A stretch of DNA of 64,000 nt from positions 550 through 64,549 of the forward strand of contig CAMXJY010000011.1 of assembly GCA_947244325.1 (NCBI GenBank), written 5' to 3'. The notes below the pieces were generated by a model. That model made no database searches. It saw only the letters and a program-made list of their open reading frames with translations, and was not told where the DNA came from. Below, one piece after another: positions 60,297 to 64,000 of this stretch. The DNA comes from an uncultured Clostridium sp. GTDB taxonomy: Bacteria; Bacillota; Clostridia; TANB77; CAG-508. Within the stretch, counting starts at the first letter, position 1; each line of letters begins with the position of its first letter. Made by a program: the position numbers and the translations under genes.

Positions 60297-61704
60297 TCAT
60301 TTATTTGCTTTCTCTAACTCAATTTTAACAGGGTCTCCTTTAAAATATAATACTAAAGTTATTTTATCTGTATAATCATCATACTTAGTTATATCACAAG
60401 TAGCACGATAATCATATATATTATTTTCCTTATATGAATTTGAACTACCGTCCAGATATCATTATTATAAATTCCTCTCCATTTGAATTTATAAGATATG
60501 AACCTTCATTTTTATAATCAATCCATGGATAAAAATAATAAATTATATTATCAAACAAAAAATCATTTTTCAAATAATTCTCATATAAATCTGCATACTC
60601 TTCACTTCCATAAAATTCAACTACATCTTCTCTTGTATTAAAGCTTTTTCGATAATTATTATAATTTCCACCATTAGCTTCAATAGCTTTTTGATCTATT
60701 TCATTTAATTCTGCTGGATATTTTGCTTTTTCTACATTTGAAATTTCTATTCCAATATTAAGCCCTGTATCTGTTAACTCAGCTTCATAAAGATTAAAAT
60801 CTTCATTATCACAACTAACTACTCTATATGAATCTGATGTACGATTATACATATTTTCAGGAACATCCAAACTAAATTTCCAATCTCCCTGTAATGTAAT
60901 ATTTCTAAAATCTTCAGTTCTTGAATGGCTTTCATCATTTATTAAATCAATTTTTGTAAAATATATATTTAATTTCTTATGATTATGAAATTCATCATTA
61001 ATAGAATATATATTATTTACCTCTAATGTTTCTGCTTTTTTATTATATTCTCTAGGCATATTTCTAATACTAAATATAGTATTTTCTGGATAATCAAATT
61101 TCATGTTATTTTCTTCACAATATTTTTTGAAATTTTCACAATCCCAACGATTAAAATATAAAACTTCATTATTCTCATCTACAATAAATAAGTCTGATAG
61201 TACTATAATATGTGAACCTTCATAATCTACATTGCCATTTGTTAATTCTCCTAAACTTACATAATCATGTATTTTATTTTCAAATTCAAAGTAGAAGTCT
61301 AAACTTAAACATGAATCTGTCATAAGGAATTCATCAATTTTTACTTTTACATTTATATTATCTATAACTTCATTATTTTCAATAATAGGGACATTTTGTG
61401 ATATGTCATCATTTTCTGGTTTTCCTACATATCCATTATCTATTGCAGTATCAACACCTCTTCCTAATCCAAAATTTTCAAATTGAGCTTTTACAAAATT
61501 TTCTATTTCTTTTGCAAATACTACGCCTGTTATTAAAAACATAAAACAACATGCAATTGCTAAATCAAATTTTAAATTATGCAATTTTGATTTTTTTCTT
61601 TTTCCAAGTGTCTCGAAGGTTGAATATATTGTACTATCAAAACTATCATGTGGCTTTAATTCTTTTGATACAATATCTTTTATAAAATCATCAATATTAT
61701 CCAT
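60297..61704 (-). CDS. Anti-sigma factor (DUF4179-like), apparently extended by a +1 frameshift at CGG 60450
   Basis: Overlaps the ECF gene; single TM (ITGVVFA); 0 frame stops at 60445, +1 frame gives 50 more codons to 60297. Confidence 0.75.
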
Positions 61705-62224
61705 CTATACACCCCTCCTTTAAATCATCCATAATCTTTTTTCTAGCTCTAAATAATTTTGTTTTTATTGTGTTACTATTAAGTTTTAAGATTTTTGATA
61801 TTTCTTCTACTTTATATCCTTCATAATAATATAAAACTACAATTGTTTTTTCATCACTACTAAGTGGCTCTAATAAAGTATCAAATTTAATGTTGTAACT
61901 ATATTTTTCATTTTCTGACATAAATTTTTCTCCTTCTATGTCTTCATATGAAACAACTTTATCTTTTTGTTTTTGATAATAAATAAATTTACATTTATTT
62001 ATTAATATAGCTATAAGCCAAGACTTAAACTTTGAAATGTCAATTAATTTATGTATTGATTCATATGCAGAAATAATTGTCTCCTGCATTGCATCATCAA
62101 TATCTTCTGGTGTAGAAAGTCTTGTTTTGGCTATCTTATATAAATCATTTTTATAATAAAGTATCAGTTCTTGAAATGCTTCATTATCGCCTTTTTTTGC
62201 TTTTTTTATTAGTTCGTTAAGCAT
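61697..62224 (-). CDS. ECF RNA polymerase sigma factor
   Basis: DAMQET, FKSWL..ILIN, EISKIL..NTIKTKLFRAR. Confidence 0.93.
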   Translation of the reverse strand: MLNELIKKAKKGDNEAFQELILYYKNDLYKIAKTRLSTPEDIDDAMQETIISAYESIHKLIDISKFKSWLIAILINKCKFIYYQKQKDKVVSYEDIEGEKFMSENEKYSYNIKFDTLLEPLSSDEKTIVVLYYYEGYKVEEISKILKLNSNTIKTKLFRARKKIMDDLKEGCIDG

Positions 62225-62240
62225 TACTTTCTCCTTTCCA

Positions 62241-62299
62241 TAAATTTCTATCTATATATAAGATTATAAAAATGCCCATTTGGTTTCATTAATCTTAAA
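62241..62299 (-). promoter_or_regulatory. ECF autoregulatory promoter (copy 1)
   Basis: Directly upstream of the ECF RBS; duplicated at 60197-60255. Confidence 0.75.
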
Positions 62300-62464
62300 A
62301 ATATTTTAAAAGGTGCTATTTTTTAGCACCTTTATTTTTATATAGTAAGAAATTTATCCCTGTGGGATAAATTTCTGTACTAGATAATTATGGCAGAAGT
62401 TAGATTTTGTAGCAGTTTACACTGCGTACAAAATCTTGATTCTGGTTTTTTATAATACTATATT

Positions 62465-62968
62465 TTAATTCTGATCTCTTGAATAATCAATTATTTTCTC
62501 AGCTGTATCTTTTAAACTAGAAATTGAGTTCTCAAAAATATCAACTCTTATTTCTTCTTTTGATTTTTTTTCTAATATTTTTCTTAAAAGTTCAAATACA
62601 ATTACTATGTAATGTCTAAACTCATAACTTTCGTCTAAATCTTTAAATCCAATTGATTCTATAATTTCAAAAGATTTATCAAAAGCTTCTAAAATATCAT
62701 TTATTAGTTCTTCACTAATACCTGAATTATTAGTTTTATAATATTTACTTATTTCACTTTTGTACTCTGAATATATTTCATCAAAATTTTCTAATTTATT
62801 TTTATTTTCTAAGTCTCTTTTTATGTTGTGCAAATAAAATGCTTTTATATATACAAATGTTAATGATTTATCAACATTTTGATTATTATTGAATTTATTA
62901 ATAATAGTATATATTGTGTCTTCACTTAAATTAAATATTTCATGTGCAAATTTTTTTATATCATTCAT
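62465..62968 (-). CDS. Hypothetical protein
   Basis: 167-aa ORF with AAGGAG RBS. Confidence 0.7.
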   Translation of the reverse strand: MNDIKKFAHEIFNLSEDTIYTIINKFNNNQNVDKSLTFVYIKAFYLHNIKRDLENKNKLENFDEIYSEYKSEISKYYKTNNSGISEELINDILEAFDKSFEIIESIGFKDLDESYEFRHYIVIVFELLRKILEKKSKEEIRVDIFENSISSLKDTAEKIIDYSRDQN

Positions 62969-63111
62969 TTTTGGCTCCTTATATGATACATATTTTATAT
63001 TTTTCCAATTTCGACTTTATTACTAAAAATAGTATATCATTTATCATTTGATTTAACCATACTAAAACTAAAAAACTCCAATTCAAAAAAGAATCAGAGT
63101 TTTTATTTTAT

Positions 63112-63267
63112 TTATTCACTTGTAAGCTCAATCATACCACTAGCATAATATTGTGCTATAAGTTCGTCTAGTTCAACACTTACTTTATATATTACAGAGT
63201 AATCTTCGCCATTTGAAATACATTTATTTAATTTATCCCTTAATTTACAAATTTTTTCATCTAACAT
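63112..63267 (-). CDS. Spo0E-like aspartyl-phosphate phosphatase (51 aa, not in the ORF track)
   Basis: MLDEKICKLRDKLN..SVELDELIAQY (SxELD motif); AAGGAG RBS. Confidence 0.8.
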   Translation of the reverse strand: MLDEKICKLRDKLNKCISNGEDYSVIYKVSVELDELIAQYYASGMIELTSE

Positions 63268-63441
63268 AATACCACTCTCCTTTTCTTATTTTTTATCTTT
63301 TGTATATATTAAAAATAACATATTGTTACAGCAAAGTCAACGAAACCTCAGTATTTTCTAAGGTTTTCGTCATACACATTTCGACAATATTATATATTTT
63401 TTTACCTACTTTTACCTTTTTATCTTTTTTATCTTATTTTT

Positions 63442-64000
63442 CTACTTTTTATTCTCATACTTTTTTGTATCTTTTATCTTTTTATACAAAATAAATATTG
63501 ATATAAAAAATATAATTATAGACAATATTTGCGATATTCTGAAATTAAATAACATTAAACTATCTATTCTCAAATTTTCTAATATTGTTCTTATTCCTGA
63601 ATATAACAAACAATAAATTAATAAAATTTGTCCTTTAAACTTTCTATTTTTTTGAAGTTTTCTTAATATGAAAAAAATTATAAATGTTGATAATGATTCA
63701 TATAAAAATACTGGATGTACTTCTATGTATTCATTTGTTACAATTCCCATTCTTAAAAAATTGGTTGCTCTACTTCCAAATGCTTCTACATTAAAGAAGT
63801 TCCCCCATCTTCCTATACTTTGAGCTATTGCAACAAATGGTATTATATAATCAAAAAAATTTAATATATCTACTTTTTTTATTTTGCAATTTATGACTAT
63901 CGCTACAGCTCCTGAAATTAATCCACCATAAATTGCAAGTCCACCATCTCTTAAATTAAATATCTCTAGCAAGTTTTTAGAATAATGTTCCAAACTAAAT
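63442..64000 (-). CDS. lgt: Prolipoprotein diacylglyceryl transferase (5' end outside the window)
   Basis: GGLAIYGG, QSIGRWGNFFN.E, HPVFLYE. Confidence 0.93.
   Translation of the reverse strand, partial: FSLEHYSKNLLEIFNLRDGGLAIYGGLISGAVAIVINCKIKKVDILNFFDYIIPFVAIAQSIGRWGNFFNVEAFGSRATNFLRMGIVTNEYIEVHPVFLYESLSTFIIFFILRKLQKNRKFKGQILLIYCLLYSGIRTILENLRIDSLMLFNFRISQILSIIIFFISIFILYKKIKDTKKYENKK

Noticed and set aside
482-63494. Numerous 60-160 aa ORFs antisense to or nested in long genes (e.g. 3098-3334, 19348-19674, 19705-20193, 28613-28891)
   Set aside because: They are shadow ORFs of well-supported genes on the opposite strand, with no RBS or motifs.

Overview
AT-rich chromosomal segment of a Clostridia-like Firmicute with sporulation-type genes; most genes lie on the - strand. 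Housekeeping genes: proS, scpB, tRNA-Met, asnS, dusB, minD-minE-rodA, a 4-subunit por operon, rsmA, hslO and part of lgt. It also holds a complete type II-A CRISPR-Cas9 locus (tracrRNA, cas9-cas1-cas2-csn2, 10 repeats and 9 spacers), BlaI/BlaR1 and ECF/anti-sigma modules, and many orphan genes. Top observation: two unrelated genes (an M14 peptidase and an anti-sigma factor) break in the same way. An in-frame CGG is followed within two codons by a stop, and the protein continues in the +1 frame from a Gly codon (C-GGN). By manual scan, in-frame CGG is otherwise nearly absent from AT-rich native genes, which suggests CGG-triggered +1 recoding. Other leads: a Trp T-box riboswitch controlling an unknown protein plus a PLP aminotransferase; a 32-aa ORF paired with a non-overlapping antisense sRNA; a modular repeat family sitting directly behind intrinsic terminators; and an orphan CRISPR repeat behind a small ORF. 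All calls were made by eye, without database searches.
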